Shown here: piece after piece, positions 47,181-58,392 of the stretch
How positions within the stretch are numbered: position 1 is the stretch's first letter
Layout of the letters: each line of letters begins with the position of its first letter
DNA from: Scyliorhinus canicula
Taxonomy: Eukaryota
Direction: 5' to 3'
NCBI RefSeq assembly: GCF_902713615.1
Contig: NW_024056036.1
Coordinates: 124,001 to 188,000 of the forward strand
Length of the DNA: 64,000 nucleotides
Program-made: the position numbers and the translations under genes
The notes under the pieces: model-generated
Database searches by the model: none
The model's input: only the letters and a program-made list of their open reading frames with translations
What the model was told of the DNA's origin: nothing

Positions 47181-47887
47181 TTTGTTTTTTTTTTTTAATA
47201 ATTTTTATTGAGAAATTTTGATTTTATACAACAATAACGCACCTTAGTAAAATACCGAAAATAACAATAATATTAACAATCATATACATTCGCCCCATCC
47301 CCATGAGCAACCCAGCATTTTAACAACAACGCAAATTAAAACACTATAAAGTTACAGAATAAACACTACAATAATGCACCCCCCCCCCCCCGGGTTGCTG
47401 CTGCTATTGACCCAGTTACCTATTTCTGAGCCAGGAAGTCCAGAAAAGGCTGCCACCGTTTATAGAACCCTTGTGTTGATCCTCTCAGGGCAAATTTGAC
47501 CTTTTCCAATTTTATAAATCCCGCCATGTCACTGATCCAGGTCTCCACGCTTGGGGGCCTCACATCCTTCCACTGTAGCAGAATCCTTCGACGGGCTACT
47601 AGGGACGCAAAGGCCAGGACCCCGGCCTCTTTCGCCTCCTGCACTCCCGGCTCCATCCCAACCCCAAAAAGCGCGAGTCCCCACCCTGGCTTGACCCTGG
47701 ATCCAACCACCCTCGACACCGTCCCCGCCACCCCCTTCCAGAATTCTTCCAGTGCTGGGCATGCCCAGAACATATGGGCGTCTTTCGCAGGACTCCCCGA
47801 ACATCTGGTGCACCTGTCCTCACCCCCGAAGAACCTACTCATCCTAGTCCCGGACATGTGGGCCCGGTGCAGCACCTTAAATTGGAT
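47181..47887 (-). mobile_element. L1-type LINE 3' end
   Basis: ORF2 C-terminus with CX2CX8HX4C (CTRC..H MFWAC), A-rich tail at about 47181-47200; runs into the assembly gap. Confidence 0.8.
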
Positions 47888-47987
47888 NNNNNNNNNNNNN
47901 NNNNNNNNNNNNNNNNNNNNNNNNNNNNNNNNNNNNNNNNNNNNNNNNNNNNNNNNNNNNNNNNNNNNNNNNNNNNNNNNNNNNNNN
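47888..47987. other. Assembly gap (100 N)
   Basis: Direct reading; true distance and orientation across the gap unknown. Confidence 1.
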
Positions 47988-48183
47988 AAGATATTATTCG
48001 TCCAGGACTAACACTGATTGGCGCCCCAACTGTCATCAGGGTCGACAGATCAGCCAATCATGTCGCTGGGAAACGCCCCTCAGTCTCCCAGTCAGTGAAG
48101 ATTCTCCTGATCTGAATTTCTGCTTTAATACCAGAACATATTTCAAATCGGATTTATTTCTGCCGAACTCTAATCCAGACACC

Positions 48184-48658
48184 ATGTGTTCCCCATGTTG
48201 GTTACTGATAATAATGGCCATGCTTCCCGGTGAGTCGATGTTTAAATGTTCACCATGTGTTCTGTGTGTTATCTTCACTCCCAGATATTGAATACATTTT
48301 GTGTTTTGTTCCAGGAACAAATGGTGAAGATTCAGTGTCCCAGGATCGATCTGAGATAACGGTTCTGGAAGGACAGAGCATTAACCTGGACTGTAGATAC
48401 TCGACAGCTGTTTTTAACACTCTGTTCTGGTACATTCAGTGTTGCGGGGATCCTCCGAGGAATGTAATGAAAATATATAGCACGGGCAGTTCAGATAAGT
48501 CTCCAGATTTCCCAGCCAGGTTCTCGGCTGTTTTACACAAAGAAAACCAAACGGTTCCTTTAAATATCGCCGGAGCTGATCTCTCCGACAGTGCCGTATA
48601 TTTCTGCGCGATGGAGCCCACACTGCTGCAGAGTTATAGCGGGTCCCGTACATGAACT
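48184..48658 (+). CDS. TRAV/TRDV: TCR alpha/delta V gene, open frame (leader 48184-48229, V exon 48315-48618, RSS 48619-48658)
   Basis: MCSPCWLLIIMAMLP/GTNGEDSVSQ..LDCRY..WYIQCCG..DSAVYFCAMEP; RSS CACACTG-24-ACATGAACT (weak nonamer). Confidence 0.88.
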
Positions 48659-48682
48659 CGCACTGGGAGTTCCAGTTATTTC

Positions 48683-48696
48683 GCAGCAGAGGGCGC
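48683..48696 (+). promoter_or_regulatory. Putative CTCF-binding element (RSS-adjacent)
   Basis: GCAGCAGAGGGCGC, 24 bp 3' of the nonamer. Confidence 0.7.
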
Positions 48697-50566
48697 TCTC
48701 ACAATGATAGACGGACACAACTACTCAGCCTGTCAGGGTCACAGGCTCATTAATACAACATCAAAATCAAACACAACACTCAATACGAACAAGTGAGCAG
48801 GAACTGAATACTTATATTCGTTAGTTTATAACTTGCATTTGTACTGAAATGAATTTCACAAGTTAATTTATGGTTCGTTAACTCACATTTAGTCTGTTTA
48901 TGATCTTTCCATTTCTGTCTGAATTATTGTGTGAACCTTTCTCCATCTCAGTTCTCCCCTTCTAGGACCCTTTGATCAAAGTCGATACACAGAGTCTGGA
49001 TGACTGGTGTATTTTATTGGTTCACAGACATTTGTAGAAAATTGGCACATTTCATGAGGCAGTGGTTGCAGACTTTATAACAAACGCCAAGGTCAGAGTC
49101 CCTCGAATATTAATTCTCCTTTCGAGTGTCTGTTTATGTTTTCTGACACAATTCACAAACATGTTTTTCCGTCCTACAATAACCAGACCAGCAAACCCAT
49201 TCCTAACCCCGTCTGGAAATATGCAGCGATTCTTCTTATAAGGTACTGACTGTATCCCAGCTCGGATTGTTCCCATTCACTGACGGGCAGTTCCCCACCT
49301 ACAGGTCTTAAACCATCATTGGAGACGCAAGAAAGTGAAGTGAGAAAATGCTGAGAAAGACAACCGATTCTTGATGGTGCGGAATAGAAGGTGTTGCTTC
49401 GAACTTCAACCTTTACAAATCAGAGGGCGACAATGCAGCCACCCAGTATCTGGGTTGTATGGGGCTGGTGCGGGCGGGGCATTTCGGAAAGTAATTGTGG
49501 AACAAACACATTTCATCGCATTTGAAATCATGGTTTCAATCGGAATTTTAAACATATGATTATTTCCTGTTTCAGCATGTATTTCTGATCTGAGTGATGG
49601 GAATTCTGTTTCTCGGCTACTGTCGTCTGATGTTAAGACAGAAGAAGAAGTTGCTGTTTTTAGTTTAACCTTTGATGCTGCCTTCTTGAACCGCTGCAGT
49701 CCGTGTGGTGTTCAGGAGAAAGTTTCAGTCTTTCACTTGTGCTGTGTTACTCATGTCAGCAGACAAGCAGCGAGGCAAAAATCAAAACAGCAACAGCACT
49801 GCTCAGGCAGCCAAACCTCTCTCTGTATCTCTGGGTGGAGAAAGTGGCTCTGAATAGTTACTCAGGAGCAGGATTCACAGACTGAGTTCATGGTGGACAA
49901 CAGTCCCACTCCCGTACTTTGTACTGTGTCTTAGAGCTCCTGTCTGTTGGAGTTCGACAGAATCTCGGGCAGATGCAGACATGATGTGGAGCCATCGAGC
50001 AGCGGCGATGTCAGCCACACAAACCCACACCGGGGCGGGGGAGGGGACCACATTAATCTCGAATGAAACTAACCCACCTGTTACCAGCAGCGGCAGTAAG
50101 AATAAACTTCAGAATCCGATCAGACCGACAGATCCGTTATCAAAGCAGTCTTCAGGGTAACCCAGCATTGCTATTCCTGATCAGCTGTTAATTCTCTGAA
50201 TCTCAGGGCTGGATGTTCAGATCAGCTCCGGGAAAAAATGTTTCTTACCTTTCAACCAGTCCCACTAACGTCACTCGGTTTACAGACTTACGTCACTAAA
50301 ACTACACGGAAACATCACACATGTCCTCAGTCTGACTCCACATAGGCGGTGCTCTGCGCATGCGCATTCTCCAACCCACACCCACCAATGCTGAATCTCC
50401 TTCACAGCTTCACTTTGTGACCACAAGTCCCAGAGGCCCGGCTCGGGCGGGCACGGCGCAGTTGGTGTTAGACTCAGTTTGATGGACAACAGCGCTGCCT
50501 TCGCAGCATTGTCTCTGGTCCTGAAAACTATCGAGAGCTACAGAACACAGATCGATAGGATCCAAC

Positions 50567-51110
50567 ATGAAGCGGAGATTCACTTTAGTGATTATCTCCC
50601 TGAATATCTTACTCTTCACTCCGTGTGAGTGTGATCACTGTATCTGGCAGGAATATGTCACACATCAGACATGTCATGTTATAGGGACGTACAGTTTCCT
50701 TTATTGTATATATTGTTATGTCATGTTGTAGTTGATTGTGCTATATCATATTCTCGCCGTCTGTGTGATATTAAATTATTCATGTTATTTTACATCTCAG
50801 ATGCCGCTGGCAGTGACGAGTTATCGCAGTCTCCAGAGTCAATGGTGGTTCCCGAGGGAGACATTGCATCCTTGGCCTGTTCCACCACAGTAGCAGGAAA
50901 TATCCTCCAATGGTACAGACAATACCCGGATGGAACCATGCAGCACCTGGCGAGCGGGAGCAGCGATCAGGGCCGGTCACAGCTCGGTTCATTTCAGCAG
51001 AGAAACACAGCTCTCTGAATGTTAGTGACGTTCGAGTGACAGACACCGCCACCTATCTCTGTGCAGTGAGGCACAGTGAACTCAAGGCCATTCAGCGCTG
51101 TACAAAAACA
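50567..51110 (+). pseudogene. TRAV-like gene with a single frameshift (leader 50567-50624, V exon 50801-51071, RSS 51072-51110)
   Basis: MKRRFTLVIISLNILLFTP; ELSQSPES..LACS..QWYRQYP..GR[fs]TARF..DTATYLCAVR; RSS CACAGTG-23-ACAAAAACA. Confidence 0.85.
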
Positions 51111-51329
51111 TGCCGGGTGATTCTGAAAGTGTGTAGCCTGTGCAGTTATCCGAGAGCAGGCATTTTAGTAACACTTCCATGGATATGTTGCAATGAGTGA
51201 GGCCTGTTCGTGATTTGCGTTTACTCTTTCATATCAGAAAAGAAGGGTCAGAATCCATTTAAATTCATTTTATTTCTTTAGAAGTCACAACCAGAGAGCA
51301 CGGGTCCCATGGTGCATAATCCAGTACTT

Positions 51330-51463
51330 AATATGCAAGAGCCCCGCCAGTATTATTAGAGTAAGAAGTCTTACAACACCAGGTTAAAGTCCAACAGGTT
51401 TGTTTCAAACACGAGCTTTCGGAGCACGGCTCCTTCTTCAGGTGAAAGTATTATTAGAAACAT
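51330..51463 (-). pseudogene. Orphan V leader exon disrupted by an insertion
   Basis: ATGTTTCTAATAATACT[insert]GGCGGGGCTCTTGCATA then TTAAGT (dead donor); no V exon follows. Confidence 0.75.
51361..51446 (-). mobile_element. 86-bp hammerhead mini-element (core 51410-51446)
   Basis: 12-bp TSD AGTATTATTAGA (51349-51360, 51447-51458); TTCAC-CTGAAGA-A-GGAGC-CGT-GCTCC-GAAA-GCTC-GTG. Confidence 0.8.
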
Positions 51464-51562
51464 GTCTGACTGAATCTCTCAGTGACTGAGAGAAGCAAAG
51501 GAACTCGGGCTCTGTTCAGCTCAATGTCCCACCCAGACACAGCACGGGAGCCAGGCCTACTG

Positions 51563-51572
51563 TGACATCACT
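51563..51572 (-). promoter_or_regulatory. TCR V-promoter decamer AGTGATGTCA
   Basis: 100 bp upstream of orphan ATG 51463. Confidence 0.7.
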
Positions 51573-51628
51573 GAATATACGTCTGGCTTTGGTCTCATGT
51601 GACTTTCTAACTATCATGCCTGGACTTT

Positions 51629-51642
51629 GCGCCCTCTGCTGG
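51629..51642 (-). promoter_or_regulatory. Putative CTCF-binding element, perfect consensus
   Basis: CCAGCAGAGGGCGC, 14/14. Confidence 0.75.
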
Positions 51643-51919
51643 AGGATTCTGTCCAATCCGGTTCACAATGGGGGTTTCTGAATGGATTTAAGGTCATTGA
51701 TTTGTATGTGGAAAACATCGATGTCAGGAATGAGAACTGACTATCCAAATCTGGATTCTTCTCGTTACTTCTTTCTCTGGCGCTATCTGTCGGAAGGTAG
51801 GTCCAATCCATTGCAACTTCACTGGGAGGCAGGCCGCAACCACTCCAGAGCTGGAACAGGAATCCAGACCCTTCTGGCTTTCCAATCTCCTGAGCTATAC
51901 CCAACCGTCGTTCGCACAC

Positions 51920-52740
51920 AGCATGAAAATCGTCGGTGTGCTAAATAGCGAGGAGGAATGGTATAGATTGCAGGATGATATTGACGGAAGGGCCAGATGG
52001 GCAGAACAGTGGCAAACGGAATTTAACACTGATGCATTTTGGGAGGACGAAGTTTGCAAGAAAACACACAATGAATGGCAGGACGCCAAGAAGTACAGGA
52101 CCGTGGTGTTCATGCCGACATATCCCCGCAGACAACTGGACAAGTAGATAAGGTGGTGAAGAAGACATACAGGATACTTGCCTTTATTAGCTGAGACATG
52201 GAATATAAGAGCAGGGAGGTAATTATGGAGCCGTATAAAATGCTGGTTAGTCCTCAGCTGGAGTATTTTGTGCACATCTGCTCGCCACCTTACGGAAAGG
52301 ATGTGATTATAGCAGAGAGGGCGCAGAAGAGATTAATCAGGAGGTTTTCTGGGCAGGAATGTTTCAGCTCTGAGGAGAGGCTAGATAGCTGGGATATTGT
52401 CCTTAAAGCAGAGAATACTGAGGAGGACCTAATCGAGGGGTTACAAAAAACCTTTCCATTAGCAGAAGGGTCAACAATGAAGGGGCATAGATTCAAGGTA
52501 TGAAGCAGAAGGTTTAGAGGGAATTTGAGCGCGGTGAGAACCTGGAACTCATTGGCCATAAGGCTAGTCCAGGCGGAAACTCTCACATCAATAAAGAAGC
52601 GTTTAGATGATGATTTGAAACGCCATTGCATGCAAGGCTCCGGGTCAAGTGTCAGAAATTGGTTTAGACTAGATCGGTACTTAATGGCCAAGGCAAACAT
52701 GATGTGTCAAAGGGCCTCTTCTTTGCCGTAAAGCTCTACG
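51920..52740 (+). mobile_element. Degenerate CR1 LINE 3' part
   Basis: RLQDDID..W..QWQTEFN; YKSREVIM.PYK.LV.PQLEY; FPLAEGS..GHRFKV. Confidence 0.75.
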
Positions 52741-53491
52741 ACTAAGGAGCTAGAGGCACAGAAGCTGCCGATGACGCCACAAGGCCACCTCTCCTTAGGT
52801 CAAAGAAAGTAAAGGAGAGACTGTACTCAGTTGCTGAAATGTGAGTGGATCTGTCAATGAAGATGAAACGGAGCTGTTTCAAGCAGATCCTTGGATAGTA
52901 CAAAGATCGGGGAGAAATAAAGCCCAGGAAAGTTCCATTCATTATCTACACTGCGATTTGCTGAACTACAGAAGAGGTGTCTAAAAAAGGAAGAAAATTC
53001 AACAATAACTTTAAGAAGGAAATGTAAAGGCAATTACATGGCTATGTAGAAAAGACTATTTTTGAAAGAAGAATAAGGTAACCATTTCAAAGTGTCTCGG
53101 GCAATATAGATCGTGTAGCCTCATCCCTGACTCGAAGATTCTAGATTCTAGTCCGTCATGTCCTTTCCAATATATTTCTTCTCAGTGCCTTGCACAGTGA
53201 GCAGGTGCAGGATGGTCACGGTGCAGTGAAGATTCAACCGTCGCTATTTCCGCTCCATGAGTTCCGAGTACAGCTGAGAGTCACCGCACACGTCACTCAA
53301 TATTCAGACTGCGGTATCCCCGCCCACTGCTTCCGGTTGCTGCTCTCACTCTGACCCAATTGTGGAGAGATTGCTGCTGCTGGTTCATTCCTCTCATTGG
53401 CCGGTTCAGCAGTGCAGTGTGACGGGGATCTGTATTTCTGTCTCTGACAGAGGATGTCTCTCATTGCAGAATCACAAACTCAGGAAGGATC

Positions 53492-54036
53492 ATGAGGAAC
53501 CATCTCGCTTCGCTGCTCGTCATTATCTCACTTCTCAGTCAGTATTTCCTTCCCAGTAACACTCCATTCTCTTCCTGAATGCCGTAACCCTGATTTTATT
53601 GTTGGTAAAATGACAGAGATTATTTTGCTCCTGATCGTATTGCTGAATGCGATGCTAACTCTGATTGTCGTTATTGTTGTTACTTCTGTTAGAATGGAGC
53701 CACCAGGACACCGTGGAGCAAAAGGAATCTGAAATAACGGTTACAGAGGAAAGTGAAGTCACATTAACCTGCACCTTGAAAACAGGTGCTGCTAACCCTT
53801 ATGCGTACTGGTACAGTCAGCAGCCCGGGAAAGCTCCAAAGTATATGTTTCTTCTTATTGGACAGACGGTGCAAAGGAGCACCGACCTCAATAATCGGTT
53901 TTCTTCTACGTTTGATAAAAAAGACAAGACTACCGAGCTAACGATCAGTAACACAATGATCTCCGACAGAGCCGTGTATTTCTGTGCCATGCAGCCCACA
54001 CTGCTACAGAGATATGGGGGATCCCGTGCAAAAACC
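53492..54036 (+). CDS. TRAV/TRDV: TCR alpha/delta V gene, intact (leader 53492-53537, V exon 53693-53996, RSS 53997-54036)
   Basis: Paralog of 427-971; YFCAMQP; donor GTCAGT; RSS CACACTG-24-GCAAAAACC. Confidence 0.9.
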
Positions 54037-54061
54037 CCAGACTGGCAGTTCCAGCTGCTGC

Positions 54062-54075
54062 TCAGCAGGGGGCGC
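54062..54075 (+). promoter_or_regulatory. Putative CTCF-binding element (RSS-adjacent)
   Basis: TCAGCAGGGGGCGC, 25 bp 3' of the nonamer. Confidence 0.72.
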
Positions 54076-55286
54076 GTCCTCATGGGCAGTTCAATTTACA
54101 GAGTGAGTGACAAACATTGTAACAAAACATCTAAAAAATAGCAAGAGGTGCAGTCCACCTGCACAGTTAAACCAGTTTACGATTGCAACTTGCATTCATA
54201 ACAGATGTAAGATTGACGAATCGATCTGTGATTCCAAAACTCCTGCTTCTTGTTCATATATTGGTGGACAGACTCACTCATTCAGTAAACTATCAGGTCT
54301 CACTGGACAATAGCAAATGCAACAATTTAAATTAATGTTGAGCTTTTCACATCATTACATGTCCAAAGGAGTTTCAGAGGAGCATTTAGGTCAAATGGTC
54401 AAAAACCTGCTCAAAGAGTTCGGTTATTTGGGGCGATACAATGGCTAGCACTGCAGCCTCACAGCGCCAGGGACCCGGATTCTACTCTGGCCTTGGACGA
54501 GCTCGTGGCCTTTGCACGTTGTCCCCGGGTCTGTGATGGTTTCCTCCGTGTGCAGCGGTTTCCTCCAACAATCCAAAAATATGCAGAATAGGTGGATTAG
54601 ATAGATTTAATAAACCTGAATCAGGCCCCCCTTCAGCCTTCTCTGCTCTGAGGAAAACCATCCTAAGCCAATCAGCCTGTCTTCATAGCCGAAACACTCC
54701 ATCCCCGGCAACATCCTGGGGAATCTCCACTGCACCCGCTCTACTGCAATCAAATCCTTCCTGTACCAAGGCGACCAGAACTGCACACAGGGATCCAGCC
54801 GTAACCAGCGTTTCTACAGCTTCATCATAACCTCCCTGCTCTTATGTTCAACGGAAAATAAACGCAAATATTTCATAAGCCTTTCTTAACCACCGTATTT
54901 AACTGTCCTGCTGCTTTCAGGGCTCTATGGATACGCATCCCAGGTCCTTCTGGTTACTGTAATTCCGAGCGTCCTACTGTTCATTATATATTCCCTTGCC
55001 TTTCTAGCCCTCCCAAATTGCATCACCTCGCAAATTTTCAGAGGCCATTTGCCACTATTCTAAGGTTTTCCTCTTCATTATTAACCACATCAACAATTTT
55101 CTCGGAATCTGCGAACTTACTGATTAAACCTCTACCAGCGCCCCTGGGTTACACGGGATGTGGAGCTGAGGCCATGGTCACCTTAGTCCTGATCTCACTG
55201 AATTGTGGAGTAGACTCGAGTGGCCGATTAACCAACTCCCTGCTCCCAAGTTGGATGCTCATATGGCAATGAAAAGACCCTGCATT

Positions 55287-55510
55287 TTCCAGAGTCAGTG
55301 TTTGTTACTGAGGGAGACAGAATCGTTGAGCTGAGCCCCCACACCAACAGGCCGTATCCTTCAATGGTGCGGCGATCCCAATGCCGCAGCCGGCTCACGG
55401 TACTTGCTGTCCCAACATTATCACATCTTGCTTTATTGCAGCAGAGAAATGCATTCCTCTGATTGCCAGCGACAGGCCAGTGAAAGACAAGGCCAGTAAA
55501 ATTGGGCAGC
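55287..55510 (+). pseudogene. V-exon relic (copy of 2200-2430)
   Basis: PESVFVTEGD..GRILQW..FIAAEK. Confidence 0.55.
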
Positions 55511-56784
55511 CAATACCTGGACATAAATATGTACGCAGAAATCCTGGAAGTTTGTCACTCGCGGAATTATTATAGCGCCAGGAATGTTATAGCACTCAGA
55601 ATCACAGATACACAGAACCACCAGTTCAGATGAGGCCTTCCGGTCAATCGAGTCTGCACCAACATGTGAAAAATACAGGACTAACTACAGGACCTCATTT
55701 GTCAGCACGTGTTCCATAGCCTTGAATGTGAAGACGTGTAATGTGCTCATCCAGGTACTATTTAATGGATGCGAAGCACACTGCCTCTACCACCCTCCCA
55801 CGTAGTTTACTCCAGACAGTCACCATCCTCTGAATAAATAAGATTTTCCTCAAATCCCCGTAACCTCCTGCCCCTCACCTTGAACTTGTGTCCCCTCGCA
55901 ACTGACCCTTCAACTAAGGGGAACTGCTGCTCCCTATCCACCCTGCCATGACCTTCGTAATCTTGTACACCCAAGACTATGCAACTTCTCTTCATAACAT
56001 AAATGTTCCATCCCAGGCAACATAATGGTGAATCTCTTCTGCTCCCCCTCCAGTGCAATCACATCCTCTTATAATGTGGCGCCCAGAATTGCACACAGTA
56101 CTCCAGCTGTGGCCTCACGGCAGTTCTGTACAACTCCAATATGATCTCCCTGCTTTTAGAATCCATGCCTCTATTGTCCTGCAAGTAGGGACGGTGCGGC
56201 GGAACAGGAGTGGTACAGTGGTTAGCACTGCTGCCTCACAGCGCCAGGGACCCGGGTTCACTTCCGGCCGTGAGTGTGCAGTTTGCACTTTCTCCCCATG
56301 TCTGCGAGGGTTTCCTCCGGCTGCTCAAGTTTTTTTTAAGACCTTATCAGAGTTACAAAGCTAGAGCTCAGAGTGTGGACAGGGGCAAATCCATAATGCA
56401 GCTCCATGCCTGCTCCAAAAACCAATTCAAATTGAATCCAATTCATGGCCCCCAGAAGAGAGACATACCAGATCCACGCATTCCACCTGACCTCACGGTC
56501 ATCTTAGCAAAAAGTCCGAGAAGCGATTTCCTCCCACAGTTCAAAGATGTGTAGGAAATCTGGATTGGCCTTGCTAAATTGCCCTTTAGCGCCCCTTCGT
56601 CTCAATTGGACGAAGTCTGTCCCTGATCTGCGTGGGAATCCAACATAAAACATGTCGTGTCAACAGAAACTTCAGGTATTTTCGATCGACAACTTGATAT
56701 CTATCAAGGTCTAAACCTGGCACCATGTGCTTCCCATGTCCCAGACTGATAGTAATTCTCATGTTGTTCAGCGGTTATTGTACA

Positions 56785-57098
56785 TAATAATAATCTTTAT
56801 TAGTGTCACAATTAGGCTTAACATTAAGACTGCAATGAAGTTACGTTGAAAATCCCCTAGTCACCACATTCCGACGCCTGTTCGAGTACACAGAGGGAGA
56901 ATTCAGAATGTCCAAATTACCTAACAGCATGTATTTTTGGGAATTGTGGGAGGAAACCGGAACACCCTGAGGAAACCCATGCAGACAGTGAGAGAATGTG
57001 CAGACTCCACACAGACAGTGACTCAAGCTGGGAATCGAACCCGGGTTCCTGGAGCTGTGAGGCAGCAATGCAAACCACTGAGCCACAGTGCCGCCCAT
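56785..57098 (-). mobile_element. HE1-like SINE
   Basis: Paralog of 3690-3992. Confidence 0.7.
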
Positions 57099-57557
57099 TA
57101 AGTACCTTGTACATTTAGTACCGCAGCAGATATTGATCCATTCTGCATTTCGTTACAGGAACGGGTAACGAGGCGTCTTTGTCCTTGGACTCATCTGCGA
57201 GAGCAGGCCATGATTTTCGTCCATCTCAACTCCTCATTTGAGTGCCTCCCTCTGCTTGGTAGTTAGATCCCCCGGTTTTAAAGTTACAATAAAATGTGCA
57301 GTTTAATAGACAATAATAAGATGATAAGGCCATTCGACACAGGAGCAGAATTAGGCCACTTGGCCCATCGAGTGTGCTTCGCCATTCAATCATGGCTGAT
57401 ATTTTCAGCCAAAGCTCTCAGGATTTCCCAAACTATTCCTCTGTCGATCTACACAAGGACAGAAAACTGTCCGGTAAATAGACATGATTGCTTGCCTGAG
57501 CCCGGGATCAATTCCTTCTCGGAAAGGAACCTCAGTGATGCTGTAAACACTCACTCA

Positions 57558-58296
57558 GCGTTGTGTACGGGGCTTTAGGTTTTCTCTAACGCTGTTCCTC
57601 AGTGAGCAGTAATAGACCTCCCCATCCTCCACATCGAATGCGCTTATACTGAGGTAACTGTTCTGTTTAGATTTGTCAGCAACCGCCAGATATCGTCCTG
57701 AACCCACATCTTTCTTCATTACTAAGGTGTTGGTGATAATCAATCTCGGTGGCTGTGCCGGTTTCTCCTGATATCATTGCATTCTGTACATGTTGGGGCC
57801 TTTATATTGGCAATTTAACTTCACCGAACCCCCTTCTGGGACAGTTATTGTCACTGCTGACTGGGCTACTGGATTGAACATTGCCGGCCTGCGAAAGTGA
57901 AGGAATGAAATGAACAGATTGTTGTTCCTTTATAAAGTTAGAGTTGTTTTCAATTAGGAGGTGCTTTTTAGCGTCGCTAGTCCACTTAGCCTGTACATCT
58001 AGGTTGTGGGAGTAAGAATGTTCAAACGCCACACGGGCAGTGATCTGGGACCGGGATCGAACCCGTGTCCTCAGTGCAATGAGGTAGCAGTGCCAACCAT
58101 TGCACCACCGTGCCGCCCGAGTTGATATAAATCTACTTCTATCTGCGGCATTTTTTGGGACCTCTGATGCAGGCACTTCATAGACATTCCCGATCGTTAA
58201 TTACACATAGCCTATGTGTATTAATATGCTAATCTGGTTTAATTAACACTGTAACTACTTACTGTGCCAAAGCGCCGCCAGTATTATCACTAACAT
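57558..58296 (-). pseudogene. TCR V pseudogene (leader 58296-58263, V exon 57888-57597)
   Basis: TGA at conserved Trp; RSS AACAGCG-23-ACACAACGC; paralog of 4449-5199. Confidence 0.85.
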
Positions 58297-58392
58297 ATCT
58301 GACTGAATCTCTCCCAGTGAACCGAACTGGACTGAGTCAGGGATTGTGTCGGAGAGAGGGAATTTAGTGCAGTGCAGGGGGAGGGTCTATTG

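Noticed and set aside
49575-49940. Possible additional V relic (LSDGNSVSR..KTEEEVAV..LYCVL)
   Set aside because: Too decayed, interrupted by a LINE scrap, no RSS; needs a profile search
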